NCBI RefSeq assembly: GCF_000142905.1
Contig: NW_013657647.1
Span: 62,001-126,000, forward strand
Length of the DNA: 64,000 bases
DNA from: Thecamonas trahens ATCC 50062
Lineage: Eukaryota > Protista > Apusomonadida
Reading direction: 5' to 3'
The notes below the pieces were generated by a model. It ran no database searches. It was given only the letters and a program-made list of their open reading frames with translations, and was not told where the DNA came from. A program made the position numbers and the translations under genes. Below are positions 13,200 through 24,595 of this stretch, piece after piece (the first letter of the stretch is position 1; the number at the start of each line of letters is the position of its first letter).

Positions 13200-16100
13200 C
13201 TAGGAGATCTCGGTGGAGACAGACAGGCGTGCAACTGAAGTCGAGAGCGATGAGGTGAGGAGCGGAATTGAGGTAAAGGTGTGGCTGAGAGCGTACTGCG
13301 GCGAGGAAAGGCTCGTCGAGGAGGATGATGAGAGTTGACATGACTCATGGTCGCCTGAATCGTGGGCAGGCGCAAGTGAAAGCGAGCTCTCATACATAAC
13401 GACGGCCGGCGAGAAAGCGGCTGAGGCCCTGGTGCGCGAAGGCGAGGTCGGCAAGCACGATGACGTGCTCGACATTGAAAAGTCCGCTCGTGACGGCGAC
13501 GATGGTGACGATGAGGAGGAGAACGACGAAGACGAGTCGCCATCCGCCGAGTCAGAGTAGTGTGGGAAGAGTCCGTAGGATGTATCGACGGTGATGCCCA
13601 GGCTCGCCGACGAGGAGAACGATGGCGAGACCGTGGTCGAGGAGGTGGCCGAGGGTGCAGGCGACGACAGGCGCGCGGACGTCGTCGAATGTGTGATCGA
13701 GTAAGAGAGCGGGCTAGCTGCGCTCGACGATGAGATCGACGTCGAACTCGAGCTCGACGAGCTTGACGCCGAGTTGGAGTCGAGGGATAGGTCCGCGAGA
13801 GCTGTGATGCACGTCGACTCCGAGTGGACGAGGATGTGAGTGATGCTCCCATGGTGGTCGCGGTGCGAGAGGCTCGGAGTCGACAACTGGCGCGGCGAGC
13901 TGTTCGCAGAGACAACATCCGAGGTGGACGCGGCTCGCGGTGAGCTCGGGGTGCTGTTTGCGTCCTTAGCGGCTTGCTGGCAAAGGATGTCGCTGATCTG
14001 GCGACTTTTGGCGGTGAGCGGCGAGCTGGTGCTGTTTCCGGAAAACAGCGCCTCAGACGTCTCGGATGTCATGTGTTGCGACGATCGCGAGTTCCACATG
14101 TCGTGGGTGGGCCGTGACGGCGGGATGGGTGCACTCGAGATCCCCAAAGTCGACTTGGGCGGCAGGCGCGGCGCAACGAGCGAAGGAGCCTTGGCCTGCG
14201 ATGATGACAGGGAGCCGTCGGTCGACGTTGTCAATCCAGCCGAGCTGTGGAGGCGTGACACAGAGGTCGCTGACATGGCCAGAGCAGCCATCTCGGGATC
14301 AGAGTATTGCTGCTCGCAGGCCTCGACGAGGTAGAGGCGAGCATCTTGATTCGATCCAGCTAGGACAGTGGGCGCATTTTTGGCGGAGAGCAGCTGCAGC
14401 GGCGTCGGGCAGGTCAGATTGTGGATGAGGGTGCCATTGCGGAGAGAGCGGAGCTGGACGTGACTCTGCGAGACGCCGATGACAAAGTAGTCGAGTGCAG
14501 CAAGAGCGAGCGGGGCAAAGCTCCAACGCAAAACGACGGCTGGGTCCATTGGCATTGCCGTCTCGCAGTCGACAAGCAGCGAGGTACAGCCCGATGTAAC
14601 AAGGAGATGTGAGGCAGCGCCAGTGACAGAGACCTCGAGCAAGATCGAAGGATGCGGACGGGCACCAGGCTTTGGCCCGACGATACTTGCGGTCCGGATG
14701 GGCGTGTAGCTGCCCAAAGTCGGCGACAGGATGGCAAAGGCAGAATCAAAAGCGGCGGCAAGCAGGCCAGATGAAAGAAAGGTGACAACCTGTGGGGTGG
14801 CGTCAAGCTCGATGACGAGGTGTGGAACAAAGTGGATTGCGTCCCAGCGGAAGATGTTGATGGAGGACTTGACCGCGACGCAGACCTGGAACGACGACGG
14901 CGACGGAGAGTGGATGGCAAAGCATGTGGCCGCCCGCGAGTCGGGAATGGGGCACAGGACCGGGTCGCCGATCGAGTCGAGATGGACGTACGCCACGCCG
15001 AGCCGCTTCCGCTGGAACCGCACGAGAGCAATGTCGAGGATGTCGATGACCGCGACCTGACTCGCTGCGGAAGAGACGAGGATGCGAACTTGTCCGTGTG
15101 GTGATGGCAGAGAGAACACACCGGAAGCGGTCGAGTAGACAGCACCGCCGTTGCGCCAAGCGTCCCAGGCGATGACGTTGCTGCCAAACGGCGTGTTAGC
15201 CTTGGACAACGTCACGGTCGAGAGCGAGTCACGGGCAACAGCAAGCGGAGCGACGGCCCGCCGCATCGCTCCGCTCACGCCGGAGCCGAGCAAAGGCGGC
15301 AGAGTCAAGTCGACGTTGGCCGGCATCGCAACGCCGCGCCGCGTCGATGAGACCGCGAGGTCCGGATCGCTGAGCAGGTTGGCGAGGCTCAAAAACGCCG
15401 CCTCACGCTGCGACGGCGTCCGTCGAAACGCGGCAACAGCGTTGGAGAGATCGATGATGAGGTCGTGGGCAAAGGCTGCGCCGCGAAAGTGTGCATCCGA
15501 GTGCGGGACGACGCCAAAGACCGGAATATCCGAAGTCCGGGCGATCTGGTAGAGCCATAGGTCCGGGACCGAGGGGTGTGGCGCGACGGCAGCAAAGATG
15601 CGCGGGAGTGTCCGTGACTTGCTGGAGGGTAAGGTAAAGGTAGTGTGGGCGTCAGAGAGAAAGACGACGACAGCATCAGACGAGGCAAGCATGTCCTCGC
15701 GCGCGTCCGGCATGAGGTACGGAAGGACCCGGAACATGGTGTCGGTTGAGTGGACGGCGGCAAAGACGCCCATGTCGGCATGGCGCGAGGTGAGGCCGCC
15801 AGTGTAGCCGTCCCAGGTAGCGAGCGGGACGCGGGTGCCGATGGATGAGACAAAGGCCTCAAAGGATGCAGCGATGGCCCCGCTCGGCACAGTGTGCAGG
15901 GCGTCAGAGACCGTGACCGCCGCCTGTGGGGCAAGCATGACCGCCACATCGAGACACCGCACAAACTCGGTGTCCTCGAGCGCAACAAGCTCGGCCAAGA
16001 GGCGCTCATCAGACGAAGCCCGCCACTCGAGCTCTGAGCCAATACCCTGGCCCAAGCCGTACGCGTCAAGCGCAATGCGGAGATCACTGCGAAATGAGCG

Positions 16101-17192
16101 GAAGGTCTTCGATGCGACGGCAGTGAACCGATGCGTGGCGCCCGGCAACCAGACAATGGCGCGGACTTCGAAGGTGTGGCTCCGGCAAACCGACATGACG
16201 ACAGGTCCAGCCGTCGAGCTGTGAGCCACAAAGTTGGCGTGCGCCCGGGTGATAAAGTGCAGCCGGTACCAGGCAAGCAGCATCTTTGGTTCCTCGCGAA
16301 CAATTGGATATGCATTGAGCGACGGCCGCCACACCGTGTGGCCCGACACGTACGATGCCGACGAGCTGGTGATGGCAGTTGAGCTCGAAGCTGTCGACTG
16401 GATGGTCCATCCACGGCGTGGACTGAGAAGGCTGGTCTTGGCCAGCATGGGCTCGACGGTACAAAGATGCCCGGCGCCGGACGGACTTGACACCAGTCCG
16501 CCAGAGTCGGCATGCGATCGCGGGCGAGAAGAGAGCCGCGACGACCGCTGCGATGCGAGGTCTGAAGAAAGCTGCGAAAGGCCAAGCTCTGTCTCCCATG
16601 ACGCGGTCGATGAGAATGGATCGCACGCTAGATACACAACTGCAGGCGTCTGGGCTTCACCCTGGAGTGAGGGCGACGACACTGAGCGCGAGACATGAGC
16701 GTGCGAGGCATCCCTGCGCCTGACGAGAACGAGGATGGGTTCTTTCTCGGGACCAAAGGCTTTGGACTCGATGACATACTCACTTGTGGTGAGGACAAGA
16801 GATGACAACTTGGTGGCATCGCCCGAGTGCGGCGCAAGGATGAGCATACCGTCTCTCAGATGCGCACGAAATCGCGGCCTAGTGGAGCGGGGAAAAAACA
16901 ACGTTGACAGTTAGTGGGCGTAGAGTACCTGTCAGTCGCTCCCATCATTTGCGGCAGAAGGTTCAGGCACGGCAGGGACAAAGCACGGCACAGAGAAACG
17001 GGGGAGGGGGGGGGGGGGGAGGGGGCAGCTTCAAACAAGCACAAGGCAATCATGGTGATGTACATGGAGACAAGAACAAGCTGGTAATCAATATCACCCC
17101 ATGGTGAGCTGTCACCAAGGTGCGTACCATGAGATAATGGTGGGTTCGGGAAGTCTTGCCTGGCTCACCCGCAGCACACCCGAAGCCGACAT
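13200..17192 (-). CDS. PH - RapGAP-like - CNH protein with Ser-rich tail (GARNL3-like), paralogue 2 (intact frame)
   Basis: Exon 17192-17128 (MSASGVLRV...ISW), phase-2 intron 17127-16879 (GTACGC, ACTAAC branch point, TAG), then ORF to 13200. RapGAP-like FEAFVSSIGTRVPLATWDGYTGGL...TMFRV; CNH-like CVAVKSSINIFRW, LRWSFAP, VQLRSLRNGTLIH. Confidence 0.85.
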
Positions 17193-17494
17193 AACGGGGT
17201 TCCCAAGAAGCAGCGAGGCAGCTCAGCGGCGTGGGAGGATACAGTCTCCAGAGGAGGGCGTCCCGGATGAGGGAATGACTCTGCAAGGATGCGGTGGTGA
17301 GCTGATAGCTCAAGATTAGGGTGGGTTGAGTGTATCTCACGGCAGCCATATTGGCTACGGGCGCAGTTGGCGTGCGTCTTTCGCAGGGTCGGGTCAACGT
17401 GAGTCGTGGTCAAAGGTCTTGGTCTCGTGACCCAATTGACGACGGCCTGCTCGAAGCCACGGCGGCGTATGTTGAAGGTGAGAAGGTAGGTATT

Positions 17495-19138
17495 TTACGC
17501 ATTATGAGCGTCGTGAGAGTGATCGTGGTCGTGGCCATGACCGTGGTCGCAAGAGGCGCCGACGTCGGGAAGGGTGCCGCATGCGGCGAGAATGTAGGCG
17601 TTGTGGTAGTAGACGGCGTTGAGGTGGCCTGGGTCGAGGAACGGCTGACCGCCGCGGAAGGGGTTTGAAGTGGGGCGGGCGACGAGGCGCATGCCGCGCG
17701 AGTGGAGGACGTCGACGCAAGCAGCGGCCTCGTGCGCCGTGTAGGCGGTGACGGCGGTGGGCACAGCGGCGGTGCGGAGAGCGTCGAGCGAGGGTGCCCA
17801 GACGCCGGCGTGATCCTCGGGCAGCTCGGGGTTGAACGCGATGGCGAGCGAGGCCGCGGCGGGGTTGACGTCACCGTCGGCGACGGCGGCAGCGTAAGTC
17901 TTGGGCACGAGCTCGATGGAGAGGGCGCGGTCAGGTGCGTGGGCGATGCAAGCGTGGCAGAGCTCGGGAGGCGGCATGGTGCCGAGAGCGCGCATGGCCG
18001 GGGCAAGCGGCGCGCCGACAAAAACAAGCTTGAGGCAAATGATGCTCGGAAGCCAGTGCAGGATGTCCTCGTACTTTGAGGCGGCGACCAGCTCCGGGTA
18101 GATGGCCGAGTTGAGGATGTGGATCTCGAGCGAGGTGCGGAACTCGAGGTCGGGCAGGTTCTCGAGCGAGTCGTCGGCGGCAATGCCGTCAGTGACCATC
18201 TCGAGAGCACGGATGATAGTGTACGGGAGCGAGAGCGAGTTGAGGATAAAGGCCTCGGCGTCAAAGGCAAAGTGAGGGGCCTTCCGGATGGCCATGAGGT
18301 CGGACCAGTGGGCTGGGAGGCGGGCGGCAGCCGGCTGGACCACCGGCGACATCCACAGCGGGTACGGGTTCGACAGCTTGTCGAGGCGTGCGGCGCGGCC
18401 AAAGGCCTCGGCTGCGGCCATGAGCTTAAACGAGCGGCAGACACGCGAGTGCGCGTCGCGGCCGGCCTCGCGGCACGCGTCCGAGCAAAAGAAGACCAGC
18501 ATGCACTCTGGGCACCCACGCAGCGACTCGAGCTCCTCTGAGCCATCAGGCGTAAGGCAGACCATGCACGCCCGCCGGAGCACCAGCGGCGCAGCCTCTT
18601 CGTAGTCGAGGCGCCGGCGCTTGAGCATGCTAGCCACCTTGAGCGAGCCCAAGCACCGCTCAAAGTGCTCCTGCTCCGACATGGCCCCAACAGCCGGCAC
18701 CTCGCTTGGATGCCACGCACACGGGCCTTCATCCCTGGCCACGCGTGTCGCAGCCTCGGCTGCATCGCTGCCAGCGTCGGTGTTGGCGTCAGTGTTGGCG
18801 TCGGTATTCGTGTTGGCGTCGGCGTCAGTGTTGGCGTCGGTGTTCGTGTTGGCGTCGGCGTCAGTGTTGGCGCCGGTATTCGTGTTGGCGTCGGCACTGG
18901 CCAGGCGATCAGCACAGCAACGACGAGGCTTGTCAACACGAGCAGCAGCAGTAGCATAGATCTCGCACAGATCCTTGTGCGGATGGCGCTTGGCCTTCCA
19001 GTGAGCGACCTGGTGCTCCTTGGAGCAGTAGTGGACGAGCTTGCAGCGGACGCACCGCTTGAGACGTTGTCCGGCACGACCAGCCACGCCACACACATAG
19101 CACGTGTGCGGAATAAAATGCAGTATCCGGTCAGCCAT
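17495..19138 (-). CDS. Double MYND zinc-finger protein with MSS51/ZMYND15-like C-terminal domain
   Basis: CYVC...CVRCKLVHYCSKEHQVAHW..HKDLC and a second CMVC...CPECMLVFFCSDAC...HSRVC. C-terminal LVFVG, IAFNP and NPF motifs resemble the MSS51/ZMYND15 family. Confidence 0.85.
   Translation of the reverse strand: MADRILHFIPHTCYVCGVAGRAGQRLKRCVRCKLVHYCSKEHQVAHWKAKRHPHKDLCEIYATAAARVDKPRRCCADRLASADANTNTGANTDADANTNTDANTDADANTNTDANTDANTDAGSDAAEAATRVARDEGPCAWHPSEVPAVGAMSEQEHFERCLGSLKVASMLKRRRLDYEEAAPLVLRRACMVCLTPDGSEELESLRGCPECMLVFFCSDACREAGRDAHSRVCRSFKLMAAAEAFGRAARLDKLSNPYPLWMSPVVQPAAARLPAHWSDLMAIRKAPHFAFDAEAFILNSLSLPYTIIRALEMVTDGIAADDSLENLPDLEFRTSLEIHILNSAIYPELVAASKYEDILHWLPSIICLKLVFVGAPLAPAMRALGTMPPPELCHACIAHAPDRALSIELVPKTYAAAVADGDVNPAAASLAIAFNPELPEDHAGVWAPSLDALRTAAVPTAVTAYTAHEAAACVDVLHSRGMRLVARPTSNPFRGGQPFLDPGHLNAVYYHNAYILAACGTLPDVGASCDHGHGHDHDHSHDAHNA
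18774..18895 (-). repeat. In-frame tandem repeat (about 36-nt unit) encoding DADANTNTDANT
   Basis: About 3 imperfect copies between the two MYND fingers. Confidence 0.9.
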
Positions 19139-20499
19139 ATCCTTTTCTACCTCGCTTGTCGTTCCCCGTCAAGTGCTTTGCCTCCTCGGTCATTCCTGTA
19201 CCCCTTCCCCCCCCCTCCCCCCAACCCCTCCTCCGCTGCCGACTCACTTTTGCTGCCAAAATCGATCCTTCTGCCGTTTCTTCCATCCACTCATCGTCCT
19301 CCCATCCGTCATCAACGGCATATCACACGCCCATACTCGCTCTACATTTCCCACCATAAAGGATGTGTCTCCTGTCCGAGTTTGGTCACCACCAGATGCT
19401 GCCATCTCCACCGACCGCGCCACGTGCCGCATGCCGGTCCAGTTTACGGGGATCGCTGACCAAACTGGCTCATTCGCAAGTACCAACCACGGCTGATCGT
19501 ACTCACGATCTGAGCGACTCGCCACCACCACATCCTCCTCCCCCCCATGATCTTGCTGCGCTTGTCCTCCCTAGCTTGCGCCAGAGAACTGCGCAAGAAC
19601 GATCGTTGAAGATGATTGAATGAAAGGCGCACGCCCACGCTCCGCGCAACCGACCCTTGCGATCATCACCTCTATCAAAGCCATGTCCAACTATCTGATC
19701 CAAGCCGGACAACAAGCTTGACCCGCCCCAGAGACTACTCCCCCCCCCCCCCCCCCCCCCTTCCCCCCCCCTTTCCCGCGTGTTTCTCCCCAACGTTCAC
19801 CTGGGACACCGTCTGAGGCTGGTCTGCGGACATGATCGTACCGCCGTCAATCAGCGCATCAACCAAGCAGCAGCCATCAATTGAGTGCAAACATTCGTGC
19901 GTTCAGCAACGGAAGCGCGACAGCTCTCGAGTGCACCAGCCTCCGGCGCCAGCCCTTCACCACGGCAGATAGCTACACTCAACCACCGGCCATACCCTCG
20001 TACATAATGCGGTACGCACTCCAGATGTGACCCCTCCCCCCCCTCCCACCTCTCCACACCCTGCATCCAAACCTTGCCCATGCCCCCCTCCCCCTCCTCC
20101 CCCTCGCCCCCCCTCCCCCCTCCCCCCCCCCCTTCCCCCCGCAAAAAAACGGCAGGCGTTGATCATGGCCACGATCACCTTCTTGCACACGGTGACCTTC
20201 CACGACCTTTTCCTGCACCGCCGCCACTACCTGCGCCATCCTCCCCTGCGTCCCCCTCCCTCCCCCCTCCGCAAAAAGCATGCCGTCTTTATCTGGCTAC
20301 GTGGTCTCTGCCATCTGTATCGCCGCCTGCCTCGCATACCCGTCCCCCTCCCCCCCTTCCCCTCCCGTCGCCGCCCCTCAGCCACGCAGCCAATGGTGAT
20401 GCTTGGCGCCACCGAAAAATTCAATCCCACCGCGACCAGCGCCCGCCACTCACTCCCTCCCTCCCTCACCCCCCCCCCCACCTGCCCCGCCACGTGTGC

Positions 20500-21479
20500 A
20501 GCCGAACTGGTGCCGTCCTCGCACTCTGTGCGTTGGCGCTGCTGGTGGTAGCAGACGTGGTATCGGCACAGACGCCTCCTTCCTCGCCTCCGCCGCCGCC
20601 GTCCCCGCCGCCGCCTCCGTCCCCGCCGCCGACTCTTAATCGCCTCCCTCGACGTTTATAACGGTGTGAAGCGATCCTGNNNNNNNNNNNNNNNNNNNNN
20701 NNNNNNNNNNNNNNNNNNNNNNNNNNNNNNNNNNNNNNNNNNNNNNNNNNNNNNNNNNNNNNNNNNNNNNNNNNNNNNNNNNNNNNNNNNNNNNNNNNNN
20801 NNNNNNNNNNNNNNNNNNNNNNNNNNNNNNNNNNNNNNNNNNNNNNNNNNNNNNNNNNNNNNNNNNNNNNNNNNNNNNNNNNNNNNNNNNNNNTCATCGT
20901 CATTGTCATCTGCTGCTGCAGAAGGGCGCGGGTGGTGGCTCCAAGCCGCCGACCTACGCCGGCGACGACGACTCGATGTTCATCACCGCCGACGGGACTC
21001 AGATGACCGACCACTCGCACGCTATCGGCCTTGACGAGTTTGGCAACATGGTCGAGCTCGACCCGGTTGCCGCCAACACTGGCTTCAATATCCTGGACAC
21101 TCCCCACGACGCGTCGCCGGCCGCCGCCGCACCTGCCAACGACTCGCCCAAGCCACCGCCGGGCCCGCCGCCGGGCCCGCCGCCGACTGGCCTTGACTCG
21201 TCGTCCTCGGGCGACATGGAGTCGTCCGGTGATGCTATCCCTGCCGCTGCCCCGCCGCCGGCTCCGCCTCCGCCGCCACCGGCAGGTGGCAGCGGTGGCC
21301 CGCCGCCGCCACCGCCGCCGCCGCCGGCCGCCTCCTCCTCGTCGACCGACTCGTCAACTGACTCGTCGTCGTCTTCGGATGCGCCCAAGGCCCCGCCTGG
21401 CCCGCCGCCGCCGCCGCCGCCTGGCTCGGCGCCCAAGCCGCCGTCCGGCCCGCCGCCGCCGCCGCCGCCCCCGCCCTAA
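20500..21479 (+). CDS. Putative single-pass membrane protein with Pro-rich regions (interrupted by an assembly gap; start uncertain)
   Basis: Before the gap: signal-peptide-like VLALCALALLVVADVVSAQ followed by SPPPPP repeats. After the gap: IVIVICCC (end of a TM segment), then via an apparent -1 shift near 20920 the ORF 20976..21479 with poly-Pro tracts. Confidence 0.5.
20680..20893. other. Assembly gap (N run)
   Basis: Run of N. Confidence 1.
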
Positions 21480-21608
21480 TCACCGTCGCCACCCGTGCCG
21501 CGTTCCCTCTGCACCTATCCACCCCTTCCCCTTCCACCTCTTCCCTGACTCTCTCCTCCCCCCCTCTGCGCCTCCACGAGTGAACATACCACGGCCTCCC
21601 TCCCTTCT

Positions 21609-23981
21609 TTACACGCCTCCGTCTGCTGGCGTCGCCGTCGATGGTCCCGCCCCGTCGCCAAGCACGTTGGACGACGACGAGCGCTGTGCTCGCAGCGCCA
21701 TCTCCCGCAGTGCCATAGTGTCGTGGACAGACTTGGTTCGCTCCAGCCGCGACGCCTCGCGCGCCCGCTTCGCCGCCAGCCGCGCCGCAGACGCCGAGAA
21801 CGCTGCTACAAATGACGCGACCGAGCCCAGAAAGTCGACCGACTTGGTCGTCCGCGGGTTCTCGCCGAAAAACTTGACGACGGCCTCGTAGTCGGCAAGC
21901 GTGGCGTCAGCAAGCGCCACCACAGTCGAGAACCGCGTGTTTGCATCGTGGATAAACTCGCGGAGCAAGGTCACGTACTCGGGCGCTTCGGCCTCGTCGC
22001 CGCTCGCCGCCTCGGCCTGGTCAATCTCATCCTGCACGAGCGCCAGCTGCCGCCGGATTGACTCCATTTGCGACCGCACGTACGAGACAGAGACCTTGGC
22101 TGCGGGCACCACCGCCGCAAGATCCTGGCCCAGTGCCAGCCACTCGGCGTGGTGCTCCTCCAGGTAGTGCACCAGGTAGTCCATGAGCGTCGTCCGATCG
22201 CGCGTCGACCGCACGTCCACGATCTTGGTCAGCGAGTGGAGCTTGAAGCCGTACACTCCACCGCGCGCCGTCCCGCCGTTGCAGTAGTTGCCGATTGCCA
22301 GCAGAATCTCCAGCACACGCCGGAACGAGTCCGAGTCGCGGAGAACACCCACGCCGGCGCCCAGCAGTTCCAGCTGTTCGCGCACGTCGGCGCAAAGCGG
22401 CGCCACCTCACGTCGCGCCACCGCAACCTGGATTCGCTCGTCAAACCGCGGGATCGACATCATTTCGAGCATGAACAAGTTGGACGACTCGAGCGCTTTC
22501 TTTGGCCCGTCGTACATCGACAGCACCTCGCGCTCTTCCGCACTCGGCATGAGCTTGCCCAGCTCTTGCAAGTTGTTGCCTGTCAGCGCCGCGTCATCGC
22601 CGCTCAGCAACATGGCCTTGAGCGCAGACGGCTTGAGCTTCAACCGTGCCAGCATGATCCCCACATTGGTTGCCCGCTGCTTGCCGATGACAGACACCTT
22701 CTTCGGTCCGCTCCCGATGGCCTCTGGCGCAGCCTTTTTGGCGCCGGGGGGAAGGACCTTAAAGTACGCCTCCAAATCGTCCACGTCCAGCTTCACTTGC
22801 TCGTCGTCGAGCTCGGACCACACCGTGTTTGCAATCGCCTTGGTCGGCAGCTTTGCCCAGTAAATCTCGCGCATCTTCGACTTGGGCTTGACGTTCTTCT
22901 TGGCGCTGCGAAGCGCCCCAGGCGCTCCAGGCGGCGGCGGCGGTGGAGGTGGGCCTCCGCCAGGCGGCGGTGGCGGCGGCGGCGGCGGCGCTCCTCCAGG
23001 CGGCGGTGGCGGCGGCGGGCTCGCTCCAGCTGATGCGCCGACAGCTGGTGCGCCGCCAGCCGGCGCACTGCTGCTCTTGGCCTCGCCCACCGCCCCGCCC
23101 GACTTGTGGCTCTTGACCTCAGTCTTGGCGTGTATCTTGGCGCTGCTCTCAGCGCTGGTCCCAGCCATGCCACCCCGCACTGCCGCCCTCCGCGCGCTCT
23201 GCGGCGCCGCGCTGCCCTCGCCCGTCTCTCGACCCGCCTTCCAACGGCGAAACTCGTCGAGCTCGTCCGCATCGACGTTGCCATTACCTCCACTCCCGCC
23301 ACTCCCGCCGCTCTCGCCGCTCCCACCGTTTCCGCCGGTGCCAGTTCCCTGATGACTCCCGCCACCTCTTGCAGCGCCGTCCAAAGATACGCCGCCTTCG
23401 CCCCCGGGCAAGCCGCTTCCGCCACTCCCGCTCTGCATACCACCGGCACGCCACTCGAGAAACTGGGCATACTCAAACGGCGAGAGCAGATACTGCAGCG
23501 CCTGATCCGAGTTGGGCGGAGCGATGGCGCGGGCGAGCGCTTTGGGCCCAAGGCGGCGCGGTTGCTGCGGTACGTCGTGCTTGGGCTCGCACCCGGGCGA
23601 CGCTCGCTTGCGGCGGCGGCGCCGCCGTTTCACCCGCCCGTCTGCTGTTCGAATCAGCGTCACTTCGCCAGCCTTGCAGTCGAGGGCCAGCCCTGACTGT
23701 GCGAGCACCTCATCCAGCACAAGAACCTGATCATGCATGCCGGCCGCCACGTACACCGCCCGCAGCAAAGCGATCCGTGCACGCGGATCGTTCACACCTG
23801 CGCCTTCGAGCGTGTGTAGATCCAAGGTAGCCAAGGCGGGGCCGTCTGTAAAGCCCGCAGCCAAGAGGGCAGGAACAAACCGCGTGGCGCCATGCAAGTC
23901 CAGAAACGCTTCTACGTTGCACTGATCCCACAGCCGGATGTCTCTAGGGAAGAAGATCCCTGTTCTCCCCTCCCGGCCCAC
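21609..23981 (-). CDS. Formin with N-terminal SAM domain (SAM-FH1-FH2); a short upstream exon near 24245-24275 is possible
   Basis: SAM-like WDQCNVEAFL...DGPALATLDLHTLEGAGV..RARIALLRAV; poly-Pro FH1; FH2 motifs KMREIYWAKL, TVWSEL, RATNVGIML, ILLAIGNYCN, GFKLHSLTKI, FFGENP. Confidence 0.92.
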   Translation of the reverse strand: MGREGRTGIFFPRDIRLWDQCNVEAFLDLHGATRFVPALLAAGFTDGPALATLDLHTLEGAGVNDPRARIALLRAVYVAAGMHDQVLVLDEVLAQSGLALDCKAGEVTLIRTADGRVKRRRRRRKRASPGCEPKHDVPQQPRRLGPKALARAIAPPNSDQALQYLLSPFEYAQFLEWRAGGMQSGSGGSGLPGGEGGVSLDGAARGGGSHQGTGTGGNGGSGESGGSGGSGGNGNVDADELDEFRRWKAGRETGEGSAAPQSARRAAVRGGMAGTSAESSAKIHAKTEVKSHKSGGAVGEAKSSSAPAGGAPAVGASAGASPPPPPPPGGAPPPPPPPPPGGGPPPPPPPPGAPGALRSAKKNVKPKSKMREIYWAKLPTKAIANTVWSELDDEQVKLDVDDLEAYFKVLPPGAKKAAPEAIGSGPKKVSVIGKQRATNVGIMLARLKLKPSALKAMLLSGDDAALTGNNLQELGKLMPSAEEREVLSMYDGPKKALESSNLFMLEMMSIPRFDERIQVAVARREVAPLCADVREQLELLGAGVGVLRDSDSFRRVLEILLAIGNYCNGGTARGGVYGFKLHSLTKIVDVRSTRDRTTLMDYLVHYLEEHHAEWLALGQDLAAVVPAAKVSVSYVRSQMESIRRQLALVQDEIDQAEAASGDEAEAPEYVTLLREFIHDANTRFSTVVALADATLADYEAVVKFFGENPRTTKSVDFLGSVASFVAAFSASAARLAAKRAREASRLERTKSVHDTMALREMALRAQRSSSSNVLGDGAGPSTATPADGGV

Positions 23982-24595
23982 ATCGTGCCCGTACCCATCG
24001 CGCCGAGAAATGAGTCTCTTTCATCCCTCTTTTTTTTTCGTAATTTTGCCACCTGCATGCAGATCCTCTACCTCTCACTCTCCACCCCCTCCCCCCTCCT
24101 CCCCGGTCCAACCACAGGCAGTCCATCGGACCTCCATCCCGTCAGCGAGACGACCAGCAGCCGTGGTCAAGCCCGTCGCTCGGATCCCCCTATCCCCTTC
24201 CCCCCTCTTGCAGCCGCCTCCCTTGCCCACCGCCACAACCTACCATGAGACCTGTCGTGGTCCTCGTCCAGCATGCAAGTGGTGAGCAGCCGCAAGCAGT
24301 ACAAGCCGAGAGTGGTGTGCCTGCTTGAGGTGGTAGTGGGAAGGGGAGGGAGGTGGTGGCACTCGTGCCTGCGGTTGAGCAACGGATTTGGCCAGTGCAG
24401 GGTGATCGGGAGATTGGGGTGGGGGGGGCAAGGGAAAGAGGGGAGGATTGATTGCAGGTGAGGAAGGCAGTGTGTCCACTCAGGTGGCCATCGAAGCAGT
24501 GGGTGTGGGTGTGGATGTGCGTATGGGGGGGGGGGAGGGGAGCAAGGAGAGGTCAGATAAGATAGGGCTTGCTCTTTTTATGTCTGCCAGACTCT

